Part shown: positions 48,641 through 64,000 of the stretch, piece after piece
How the letters are laid out: the number at the start of each line of letters is the position of its first letter
How positions within the stretch are numbered: position 1 is the stretch's first letter
Assembly: GCF_009914755.1 (NCBI RefSeq)
Contig: NC_060926.1
Direction: 5' to 3' (one strand)
Length of the DNA stretch: 64,000 nt
From: the human T2T-CHM13v2.0 reference genome, Homo sapiens
Notes under the pieces: model-generated
Told to the model about the DNA's origin: nothing
Database searches by the model: none
What the model saw: the letters and a program-made list of their open reading frames with translations, nothing else
Made by a program: the position numbers and the translations under genes

Positions 48641-51600
48641 CCTTCAACGCCCTGTTTCCTCTCTCGGGTTTCCTCCCTCCCCCGCCTAGGAGGGGGAAAG
48701 AGGAAAGGGGGAGTGTGGCGGGGCGGGTGATAATGGGGAGGTATCAGGGCAAATAATAGAGCAGGGGGTGGGCGAAGAGAGCGCCAGTGCGTAGCGACGA
48801 TTCTGGGAGAGGAGGTGCTCGGAGGAAAGGGCGGGGGTTGCTGATGTAATGGGGAGAAGTGATTAATCCTTCGGTTCGCCGTTTCAGCTTCCCCCCTACC
48901 CCAACCTTCACCCGATTTTTTTGAGCTGAAAAAAAAGTGGAACGAGGGAGCCAATCTTTGGTAACTCGGGTTTTCTGTGGTAGGTGGGTTCAAAATCTGA
49001 GCTGTAGGGAGCGCTAGAGATTTCGTGCCCTTTAGCCAAGCTGAGGGTATTTGCAAACCCTGAAGATTTCCGTCTCCGAGCTTTGGGCTTGGTAAGCGAA
49101 GTTTGGAGTCGGTGCCTAATCGTATATCATCTAAACCTTGAAAAGGCTTTGACCTTTGGCCAATTTGATTTGTTCTTTGAAGAAGTGTATACAATGTGTG
49201 GGAAAATAATATGTGAGAGGAGAGAAGTAAATGTGTTGATGTTGTGATTGTTTATGTGATTTAATTTTTAATTTTTTTTTTTTAGGTCCCACAAACTGCA
49301 AGGAAAAGAAAAACCCTCAACAGGAATTACCTTTATACCTGATGCCCCCAACATAATCTCTCTCCAAGGGAAACGTGTTTTTATTGCCTTGCGGCTGAAA
49401 ATGTATTCTCGATTCTCCCCCTTCTCTCTTTTGTTGTGCATTTTTTGGATGTGGTAAAACTGGCAGTTTATCTGATTATCTGGTTTTCAGAACTTTGGGC
49501 GATGTCTCTGAGTGTCATCAGTTGCTCTCTAGGTTTGACATAGATAATTAAGCAACTACAAAGCGTGATAAAGCTTTTGAGAGGGAGGAAAATGTATTTT
49601 GGAAGGAGGGAGAGACGCAAAGAGGCGAGCCTGTGTGTTGAGTCCCAGACTTGGTGTGTGACTACAGGCAAAGTACTTCACCTTTCTAGATGTCAGCCCC
49701 GCCCCCCTCACCTCCCAAGTTTAAATAAGAACTTATTTTAGACTACATGATCCTGTTTTCAATTTTTAAGAGTTCTGTGATTTTGAGATGATCTCTCTTT
49801 AGTCCAGAAAAATAGAGAAACGTAGGTCTATGTTTGTTTCTCAAAAAAATATTTGAGGAGGACAGCTGTTACAAAACAGCTGGAGAACTCCAAATTTTTA
49901 TGGTGGTTAGCTAGGTGCAAATGGGTACAATTTTAGGTTTGTTCAAATAAACATAGGGGAAAAGTAAAAGTACAGGAAAATTACGTTATACATATAAGTG
50001 TGTCCATCATTTCTGATTTTTCTAAAAATTTACTTTTTTATTTGACAAGTACTTTTTGGCTCCTTCCGTGTATGCATTAATATGTATATAAGGTGTTATG
50101 GGAAATACTAATAAAAGGAAAATATTGGGCATAAAGAGTTTGTATTTTGGTGTGGCAGAGTGGAAGTTTTACTTACATTAATTCAGATGTAAAGAAAATG
50201 TAGCTTGTTTATTTTCTGTAATTTTAACTTCAAGTCCCCACATCATCTCAATTTTTTAAAAAACATAACTGCTTTCACCTTTTATTTCCCCAACTCTCCT
50301 TCTAATATATTAATGGGAGGGGCGGGGTTTAGGGTTGTTATATGTGGTATAAGGGGTATCTTTTACATACCCTAGATTTCTAAGTTTATTGCAACAATTC
50401 TCTGACATATGGCAGTAAAATGCCTTGTTTTAGCAAAATTAGTATATTATGACAATTTCCTGATAGATGGTAGTAAAGTGTCTTGAGAAAGGAAGCACCT
50501 TTTTCAAATTCACAGAGTAACTGGTAGGGTGGTAGCATCCCTGAGGAATAGGGAGGTTTACAAGGGCATCTAAGCCACTAATGCCAGTCCTTATGTTGTC
50601 TTCTGGCGTGGAGTGGCTAGTATTGTCTGATGGCAGCCACTGTCGTTTATCATTTATTACTCATAAAACTGGTCATTTCTGTACTTTTGAGGCTGATTTC
50701 TTTTGCTGAAATCCATACATGAGCCATTTGCCCCATACACTATAACCTCTTTGTACTGACCCCGAGTCTCCACAGGTCCCTTGATCCTCATGGTTCTCAC
50801 TGAGACACATGGGTACTTCTGGATTCCCCGAATACCACGTGTAGGCCTTGATGAGCCAGGAGCCTTGCTTTGGGCTTACTAGTTGTTGAGCCACTATCCA
50901 ACAATGTTGCATTTTTCTCCTTATGTCATATTGAACATGCTGGCAGGCTGAAAGTAGAACTCCTAGACGTCTTAGTGTTTCACAGACATGTCCAGGGACG
51001 CAAACCACTATCTCCAACTTTCTTGGATTTCCCTATGTCTCTGTGCATATGTCAACTACATACCCTCAATTCTAGTTTCCACCCTGAGAGGGGATGGAAA
51101 GTAAGCACACTGAGTCTGATTAACCTCTTCCTTGTACCCTTTTCTTCTTTCCATCATGCCCCAGGGTTTTTAAGGAATGGATTTTTCTCCTTCCCATTTG
51201 TCAGGAACTTTCCTTCTGTACCGTATCCTCTTCATTTTTGAGATTTGGCATTTCTTCTGCTCCCTTTCTTGGAGCCGTGATAGCTGATGAAGTGCTCAAG
51301 AGAGAACCCAGTTTAACAATAATGGAACACCTATTGGGAGATATTAAAAAATATTATCCTATCCCTACATTACTGGTTTCTACATATGTTTAGTTTATTT
51401 CAGGGATTAAATGTTGAAGTCATCTTTGTGTAAAAGTGTTCAAACTCAATTGTGGAACTTAAGAGTTGTCAGGACGGACCTTGGAGATCATTAAATCTCA
51501 TTTCTGTATTCAACAGACTAGGAAACTAAACTCCAAAGAAGGGAGGTGACAAAACTATAACTATTTGGTAGCAAAGCCACTGTCTGCCAATCCAGGGCCC

Positions 51601-52535
51601 TTTCCATTCAGAAGCATTGTAGACAGTATTTTGAGTTCTGGTGAGAACCCAAAATATCCTGGAAGGTTTTATCCATAGGCAGATCCACCTATATTAGTAA
51701 ATAATTCTGTCAATTAGCTGTCATAAAAGTTATATATGTTAGAAAACAGGAGAAAAATTTAAAAGGATTTCTTTTAGGGGTGGGAGCCACCTAGAATTAT
51801 TTCAGTAATACTTAGCATAATTTCAGAGGACTGAATTCCCTCAGGGTTTGCTCTCTCTTCAAGAACATTTGTGTTTGTTTTTCTCAGCTAATTACTGGTG
51901 CTTAAAAGGTTAGTGTACTTAAAATTATTTGTTTATAAAACCTATCACAATAGCAGTGTGGAAAAAATAAGCTCTTTAATCATTTTAATACCTGGCAGGT
52001 GATATTTACTGTGATTCTTAAATTATAATTTTACCATTTCAAAGATTCAGCTTCCCTTTCCTCTGTCATTCTATCATCTAGTCCCAAGCCGTCAGCACTT
52101 AGTTACATAAGACACCTCAAAGCTGCTCACTCCTTTTATGTCATTTAAGAAATTAGTTTGATCTGAATATGGTTTCCCTGCAGGAATAACCAGCTCTGTT
52201 TAAAATATTCTTGTTAAAGTATGAATGACTTATCTCACTAAGCTGCAAAAATTCATTCTTCAGTACATGCCCAGATAATTTTTTATCAGTTAGGTAGTGA
52301 AAATTAACTCGGAACTAAGGATTTAAATTTAACGTATATGTGGGAAAACCTGGTAAGCACACAATCCAATGATACCCAGAAGTTATCTTTAAAGAATTAT
52401 AGAATCTGACTTTAATACCTTTCCCTGTGAAGTAATACAGAACGCTATTAAAAGAAATCAATTTTGTTCAAGTTTTAGGCTGGACTGTGATACACAGTGG
52501 TAAATCTTTGTTTTTTAAGAGCAGAACCAATTTCT

Positions 52536-55552
<3,017 letters not shown>

Positions 55553-55664
55553 CTAAGTGTTGAGAGAAGACTAGGCCAAAACGATAAAAGCATTTATATT
55601 AGGGAAGGATTGGTAGGTGATAGAAGTTTGGGCAGATGTGAGAGTGGAAAACCAACAGGGAGCT

Positions 55665-55850
55665 TTGCCACTTCCTTGGGCAAATTCCTTAACCTCTCTT
55701 TGCTTATTTCTGCATCTGTAAAACGGAGGTGATAATAGTCCTCATTTTGTGGGATTGCTGTGAGGATCAAGCAAATTAATACCTATAAAGTGCTTAGAAC
55801 AGTGTTTGGTGAATAGTCAGGGCTCAGTAAACTGCTGGCCATTACTGTTA
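55665..55850 (+). mobile_element. MIR
   Basis: ccttgggcaaattccttaacctctct...catctgtaaaacggaggtgataatagt...aaagtgcttagaacagtg. Confidence 0.75.
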
Positions 55851-55892
55851 CTGTTGGTGGTGGTGGTGGTAGTGTCATTTCAGGCTTTGATG

Positions 55893-56347
<455 letters not shown>

Positions 56348-58877
56348 CAAAAATACATTTGAACATGTTTTATAGGAAGTCAGCTGTGTCCTTATTGAAA
56401 ACGTAGTGTCACAATTAACCTCTTGATGAGAAATTTATCCCAACTAAATTTAAATTCACATGTAGCAGTTGGAAAATGGACATGTTCTAAAAGGCATCAT
56501 GGCAATAAGGAAACCAAGAAGATGTTCTCTCTTCATTTTTGTTTCCTCTACATTATTCTTCTTACCCAAGAGAACACTAAGGCTGCTGAGGTCTTTGATA
56601 GGTGACAGCAACCAGGGTTTAAACACTGGGTTCTAGGAACATCATTTTGTTTTACAGTGCTGTTACTATAGGAGTCACATCTGCTTCTGCATTTTTGAGA
56701 CAAGAGAGATTTGGGTGGATTACTTCAATTTTGCAGGTACTAAAAGTGCTACACCCATTGTAATGGAAGAAGATGCAGTGGCTGCTGAATGACTCCGAAC
56801 CCCAAGGCCTTTGAGGGAGAGCCCTCTCACAGGTACTGAAAAGATCAGGAAACTAGAGAGAAGAGTATCTTGGGCTTTAAGGTCTTTGGAGTTCAGTTGA
56901 CAATAGGAAGAGGAATTCATTTTGGATTTGAATTTCCCCGGGAATTTAATAATGGGAAGGGCTTCACATTGTTCCATTTTCAGCCACTCTGTTTTTTTAT
57001 TTGGACTTTCAAAAGTAATCTCTGTTGACCAATTTTGGACAATATGATGACATAATTTCTGATGGCAAATAGACTGGGGAGTGAATATTTGGCGTAGGAT
57101 GCAGTATGGTCTTGAAGTTAAGTTGATTAATGACCTATCCTGACCCATAAGAAAATCTTGGGAAGAACAGATTAACTGTGCATCTCATTGGTCTCAGGAA
57201 GTTACAGTGGTGCAATGGCAATAACTGAGGGAACTGCTAATCTCTCTTAGTTGGACAGTCTTAGTGGAACAAAGGTTTGATTATTTAGCCCATTTGTTAA
57301 AGAGAGAATAAGAGGGTCTGGAGAGTGGGGGGCTGGTGGGTATTCAGCTTTTCTCCCTGCATTTCTGCCAGAGCTCATAAAGAAGGGAACCCCCACCTAA
57401 CCTTCTGCCCCTCTATCTACCCTCTTATTAAATCCTCCACATGGAAGAAGTGACTAGTCTGGTCAGAGACACTGGGGACAGTTCACTAGAGAAAGGGATA
57501 GTGACATTGAAAGGCACTCACTTTCATCTCGGACAGGATCTAATGCCTGCTTTTTCATCTCATACTCCTAGGAGCAACAGGCTGTTTTGCACATTTCCCC
57601 CCTTGTACTAGGTAAATAAAGAGGCAGTGGGGGTCACAGGGGAAGAGGCAGATGGGCACCTCTGGTGAGAAGCTCCAATCTTCCTCCTCTCCCCTTTCTG
57701 TTCCCAACTCCAGGGGTCTGGCAGGCCAACCTCATCCTGATACCTGGAAAGGTAGGTGGACTTGTGCTCTTGATACCTCTCCACTTGAATCTTGTTCTTA
57801 TCTTATCCTCACTCTCACTCTGAGTTCTGGCACGCTTGGAGGGGTCCTAAGATTTTGTTTTGGAGTTGGAAAAGTAAGAGGCCTCACATAGGCTTTCTAG
57901 CCTCTACCCAGCCATGACCCAAGCTTCACTTTAAGTTTGGTTGTTTGCTTACTAATAAAATGGTACTGGAGTTCTCTTATTGGGGTATAGATACAGGTGT
58001 GCATGCTCCCTCAGGAAAACTGGTTAGAAAAAGAGGTGGTGGTAGGATTTGTGTTTGGAATTCTACCCCAAAGTTGTAACACTATTTTGGGGGACAGTTG
58101 GTTATTTTCTACATTTTAAAGCCAGAACATGTCTACATGAGATTGTCTGGCTCAGAAATTCCCAAAAGAAAAATTAAGAAAGAATAAGTACTTTGGAAAA
58201 GTTAGAACTGTTTTTAGGGCATAAAAACTAGGGGAAAAAAAGAACTCGTAAGTAGATTTTTGAGCAAGATTTTGAAAGTATAATTTACCTCTCTGCTTGG
58301 TAAGTGAGTAACTATTGCTATTCGAGTGATCAGTAATGGGACAAATGTTAAATGAAAGATAATTCCAAATAAGTGGAAATACTGTGATATTCAGTGCATA
58401 TAATAAATTCTTTATTTTGACCATAAAGAGCTATACATTTTATATTAATAGAAAATGAATTTCTCTCTGCCCTCAGCTATTTAAAGAATATTGGTTTGAA
58501 GGAGTGCCAGATCACTTCTTTTCCCAAGACTCCTGCGTGAATTGAGTCAGTCCATTCTCAGCTTGTCTTTTATCCTATTGCTTAGTTTGGGCTACCTGCT
58601 GTGCAGCATGACACAGCCCTCATCTCCCATGGCCCCAAACAAGATAGGCTACTGCAAGGAGTGGTGGTCATGGAGAGGAAGGAAAGGGTGAAAACTGAAA
58701 AGATAAGGAGAAAAAAATTTAAGATTTCTATGTTTTGTTTTCCAGAAAAACTATATTACTGAAGAGACTGTTTACACATATGATGGACATTCACTCCCCA
58801 AATGCTGCTCTAGAGGAAGAAGGCTGATTAGCCACATACATGTGGCAACCATGTCAAATGGCATCAGCTCCATAGGG

Positions 58878-59177
<300 letters not shown>

Positions 59178-60396
59178 CAGCTCCATAGGGCTCTTGTCTC
59201 TGTCTCCTAGCTATTCAGTGGACAGTAAGTGAATCATTAAGGTCAGTACATATATTTATATATAAAATAATTTTTGAGAAAATATTAGTAGTTTTTGTAC
59301 ATAGCTGGAGAAGAGGCCTTGGTATAGAGTTCCAGGTTTTGGGGTGTGAAAACATCAAGGTGTCTTACCCAATCCATTCTCATAACTTCTCCTCCCCCAC
59401 TTCAAGACAGCCTCTGACACTGTAGAAATTTACACTTACGGAAATTGGAAATTAGGGAACTGATCTTTTTGTCTAAGTAAAACCCTTTAAGCTGCTACTT
59501 ACCGAGAATCACAAATGAAAGGAGTCAGACTTTTGAAAACAAATAGATCAACAGATTAAACACCTTCTAGAGTTCTAATAGCTTTAGTTAAAAAGTAAAT
59601 AATTATGAGATACTCATCAAAGACGGATAGCTTTTAGCCCAGAAGCTTGTGATTTGGGGTGGGTGTGGGGACAGTGAGGGAGGTGGGGAAACTCTATTTG
59701 GATCCATCTTGTCCTAACAAGAAGGAAATGGAGCTCTCTAGTCATTACAGACCACATTTAAAGGACCAGGCCCCACCACAGGATGTGTCTCCCTCTTGAT
59801 ACAGATCAACTTTATTAAGTGACTTATTTTAATGAATGCTTAACATAAAATTGAGGGTATTTTTGTTTTAAAATATAGTTTGTTATTAGACTTCAGGTCA
59901 GGATCCTTTGGGGAAGTAAGCAGGCAGGGCAACAATTGTTCACCTACAAACCAGAGTAGGGTGAACAAGTACAACCAGATATTCTTCAAGCCGCCACCGA
60001 TGAGGCCCCTTTCTAACACTACTTGATGAACCTAAATGGTTTCCCTTCTCCCCCTGACTCCAGCCTCTCGTGTCCTACATTTGATGACTTGGATTCTGAT
60101 CACTTTTTATTCCTTACCTTGTTTCCTATTTTCTGTATCTGCTTCTCCCAAGATCCTAATCTCTACGTTGTGGACCCTGAGCTGGTAACTTGATCAAGAT
60201 TTCCTGTTTCCTTGCTTGATAATTTAATTTGGCACTATAATGAAGCAGAAAAACATGGGCTTTGCAGGCAGACTTGGGTTTAAATCAGACTATGCTACTA
60301 ACTGGTGGTCTGACTTGGGTAATGCACTTCTCTGAGGAAGTTCCTTTTTAGTAAAATGAGGATAATTATACCTACTTCAAAATATGATTGTGATTG

Positions 60397-60509
60397 GAAA
60401 TAGTAGCGATGGTTCTACAACATTGTGAATGTACTTAATGCCACAGAATTGTACACTTAAAAATTATTAAAATGGAAAATGTAATGTTGTGTGTATTTTG
60501 CCACAATTG
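60397..60509 (+). mobile_element. L1MB-type extreme 3' end
   Basis: gatggttctacaacattgtgaatgtacttaatgccacagaattgtacacttaaaa...tattttgccacaat. Confidence 0.75.
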
Positions 60510-60668
60510 GGGCCTCACAGCTCCTGCCTGTAATCCTAGCACTTTAGGAGACAGGTGGGAGGATCACTTGAGCCTGGGAGTTCAAGGCTGCAGTGAGTTA
60601 TGATCGTGCCACTGCACTCTCCAGCCTGGGCAACAGAGCGAGACCCTGACTGAAAAAAAAAAAAAAAA
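60510..60668 (+). mobile_element. Alu monomer (FAM/FRAM-like)
   Basis: Single monomer plus poly(A). Confidence 0.82.
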
Positions 60669-60784
60669 GCCAAAAAAACACCAAAATGATTGTGAGAATT
60701 ATTCTTTGTAGAACACTCATTACAATGCCTAGCACATAGTAGGCTCTCAACAAATAGTAACTATATAGCATAAAACATTTTATA

Positions 60785-61335
60785 TTCCAAGTAACAGAAA
60801 AAGTAGAACATGAACTGGCTTAAACAATAAAAGAATATGTTGGTTCATAAAATTGAAAAATCAAGAGGTAGTGTACGCTTTGGTGTTAGTTTACGTTACT
60901 AAGAATTCAGATTCTTTAAGTCTTACGTCCCTAAGAACACAGCCATATCATTAAGGACTCAATTTCCTTCCATGTCCACTCTGCCTTCTGTAGCTACAGC
61001 TTTATTCTAAAGCCAGCAATCCTTATGATCACAAGATGGCTGCCAACAGCTCCATAGAAGTGCACGTTCCCTTGTCCATATCTAGAGAGAATAACTTGGT
61101 CCCAAAATATCCTGACATTTACTTGGTTAAATCACATGCCTCCCCGGAACCAAAAGTCGTGCATAGGAAGATGGAATATGATGGTTAGATTTAACGAACC
61201 AGGGAATGGGTCAGCTTCCCTGGAAGCACATGGGCTGTGTGGGGAGGAGTGGATTCCCGGAATGAAATAAAAGTGCCATGGAGAAGAGAAGGCAGGACTA
61301 ACACACTGAGGAAACAACCAGCAAATGTCCACTAT
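60785..61335 (-). mobile_element. Old MaLR LTR (MLT1-type)
   Basis: caagtaacagaaa...ctggcttaaacaataaaagaat...caagatggctgccaacagctcc. Confidence 0.5.
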
Positions 61336-61879
61336 GTAGCTATTATCATTATTATTGGCTTTCTTGGCCCTGAGCCCTTGGTTCTTAGCAATTTTTTTAA
61401 AATCATTTTTTTAACCCAAAAAACTAAGAGAGTGCTTATTTTGAGTAACTGTAGTCTTTCTAGCAAAGAAAGATCAACAAGTATAAACTAAGTTTAACTA
61501 GTTTTTAGCTACCTGGACCACTGGCCAAACAAGCAACAAAATGCACTGAATGGAGCCGTTGAACAGGAATGAATATCAGGAATGGAGTACAGGAAGAAAG
61601 CTAGAAAGACAGTGACTTGCCAAAAAGCCAAACCCAGAAAAGTGAGGTTAGTTATTGACTTGTTCTTTACTGAGGCCAGGTTAGAAGCCATGACATGTGT
61701 TAGGACAAAGGGACCAATTAATGAGAGGAAGGAACATTCCCCAAAACTGAGTTAACAGAAGTTGTCTGATGAAACCTGATTAAACATGATTTTGACTGCT
61801 CTACTCACCCCTTCACAGCTTCTACCTGCCCATCTATGAGATTCCTCTTTCTCTTTTTGCCTCAGCCTCCATCTGAAGA

Positions 61880-62275
61880 CTTGCCAATTTCTGCCTATTT
61901 TATTCTGTTCCTCCTGCCAAGAAGGCTCTTCCATACTCCTTTGTCACATTTCATCTTGCTGATTTCTATTCCTTAGTTAAGACTTTAAATTCTGACTTTT
62001 CTTTTGCAGGAAGGCCTTCCTGTGTACCACTGCCATCCCATCTTCCACCTCCAAGACACACACTGCAGACTGATTTAAGTAATTCTGTTTGTACTCCCTG
62101 CTGGTAATCAATACCTGATAGCCTAATGATTTGTTTACTCATCTGACCCCAAACACTGACTTCTCCCCCACCATCACATTAAAGCTTCTGAAAAGCAAGG
62201 ACTTTTTTAGTCGTCTTTGGTTCCATGATGCCCAGCACAGTGCCTGGTGCATAGTGTGAGCTCAGTGAACGGAGG
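61880..62275 (+). mobile_element. LINE-2 3' fragment
   Basis: ggaaggccttcctg...aagcttctgaaaagcaaggac...cccagcacagtgcctggtgcatagt..gctcagtgaa. Confidence 0.6.
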
Positions 62276-62539
62276 CAGTTCCTTTGGTTACTATCTGATA
62301 TCATCTTACCCAAAGCTTCAGAATAGAATGATACATAAAACCCAAAGTGTTTCTCAACCCAAGGACAGTCTGGCCTCTCTACCTAGAAAGGGGCTTGGAA
62401 AGAGATATCCAGAGACATGTTGAAGATGTTTTATAACAGTTTGTATCCAGTTAAGTCTTTGAAAGTAGATTCCAAAGTGAATTCTGAAGGCAGAATCAAA
62501 ACTGCCAAAAATATTCAAAATGCTGCTTTTCCTTTCTGG

Positions 62540-62911
<372 letters not shown>

Positions 62912-64000
62912 TAAAAGATATTTGTTTCACTTATTTAGTCACATAGTACCCACAATTTTTATGGTGTTTATTCCAGTTAGAGAATAACGATGTGATTATT
63001 ACATGAAAGTGGCCATTATAATAGTTCAGACTCACAAACACTAGTTATTGGCTTTTACAGAGTGAAGCAAGCCACCAGAACTAAATACCAGGTGCTCAGT
63101 AAACTTCTTGTAATACCTCATTCCTCTTTACAAAAAGCTCATATGACCTTTATGTAGAGAATTTGTTTTCTGTTTAATTTATTTTTTCCATTCTGAAGCA
63201 GATTCATCCATTACAGGAAAGGAGCCAATTATTGGGCTAACACAGTAACACCTAATGACTATACCCTCCGATATTTAGTCTCAAAACATTTTGCATTTCT
63301 TAACAAATAGAATTAAAAATATTTTAACATTGCACTAAAATGGGATTAAATATAATTTAAAGTGTTCAAGGAGGTGGAACACTCAGCCCTATTTCTCAAG
63401 CAGGCTAACTGAAAGGTCATGGGCTTTTTTTGCCTGTTATGTTAACAATAAGCCAGGAAAAGTTTCAGACGTTTGAGAGCCCACCCTAGTAACTTCTTGT
63501 AGGTTTCTGGTTATTTATGATGATTTGGGGTCAGAGCCAGACCTAGACCAGTTTCCTGATGTCATGTATCCTTGTGCCCCACGCCTGCATGACCCATGGC
63601 TGCCTTCAAGCTTCCTTTCTCTGCTTTTTATATTCTTCCCCCATGTCCTTGAGCTTGAATGCTACACCTTTGTGACCAGAGCTGAGGGCCACCATACTAT
63701 CCCTACATAGTGACCCACATGTATACCTTTCTGTGACTCCTGTCACTCCCTAAAGTCTTCATAAGAATAACTTTCATAACTCTAATGCATACTTAAATAT
63801 TTTTAGTGTTTTCTCAATTCTAAGACATTTAGTACATACTTTTTTTCACATTTCGGTGTTCCTGAAATTAGAATTAACTTTAGAGTCTTTTTATTTGTCT
63901 CCTAAAAAAGTGATTACTACATTTTTGGCCAATGCTATGATCAAAAGTATCTTGGAACTGGAGATATGCAATATTAATGTACTTTACTGTAAATAACTAG

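Larger units (their letters stand above)
60235..60765 (+). mobile_element. MIR interrupted by an L1 end plus an Alu monomer
   Basis: gacttgggtttaaatc...gtaaaatgaggataattatacctacttca [insert] ...atgcctagcacatagtaggctctcaacaaat. Confidence 0.65.

Noticed and set aside
50673-51241. Opposing 114-aa and 123-aa ORFs upstream of the promoter
   Set aside because: No recognisable domain or homology, and the lengths are compatible with chance.
56720-57148. 142-aa minus-strand ORF
   Set aside because: No recognisable protein family or supporting gene structure; cannot be supported from sequence alone.

Overview
Primate (almost certainly human) genomic DNA covering the 5' end of FBXO11, an SCF F-box substrate receptor, on the minus strand. 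Coding exon 1 runs from the ATG at 47688 to the donor at 47457 (232 nt, Q/P-rich N-terminus) inside a CpG island. Positions 1-47456 are part of the very long, Alu-dense intron 1, and about 48.5-64 kb is upstream sequence with a 3-kb 5'-truncated L1PA. Intron 1 holds four notable elements: a probable alternative first exon (~30569-30690); an antisense RPS27A (ubiquitin-S27a) retropseudogene that appears to retain a parental 5' intron; a decayed ERV-L integrase/dUTPase plus MLT2 LTR; and a 410-bp strictly alternating purine/pyrimidine minisatellite packed with CACGTG/TACGTG motifs. Nearly all listed ORFs are artefacts of Alu, L1 or simple repeats. I see no prokaryote-type system (no CRISPR, no operon) and no demonstrable new multi-gene system. 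The best leads are regulatory or evolutionary hypotheses around FBXO11: an alternative exon one base away from encoding an in-frame N-terminus, uORFs, the E-box/HRE VNTR, a bidirectional promoter, and a GG-less ubiquitin ORF with complete terminal-exon signals. Gene and repeat-family names come from recognition or recall, not from database searches. Repeat boundaries are approximate (about +/-10-30 nt) unless a target-site duplication (TSD) is quoted.
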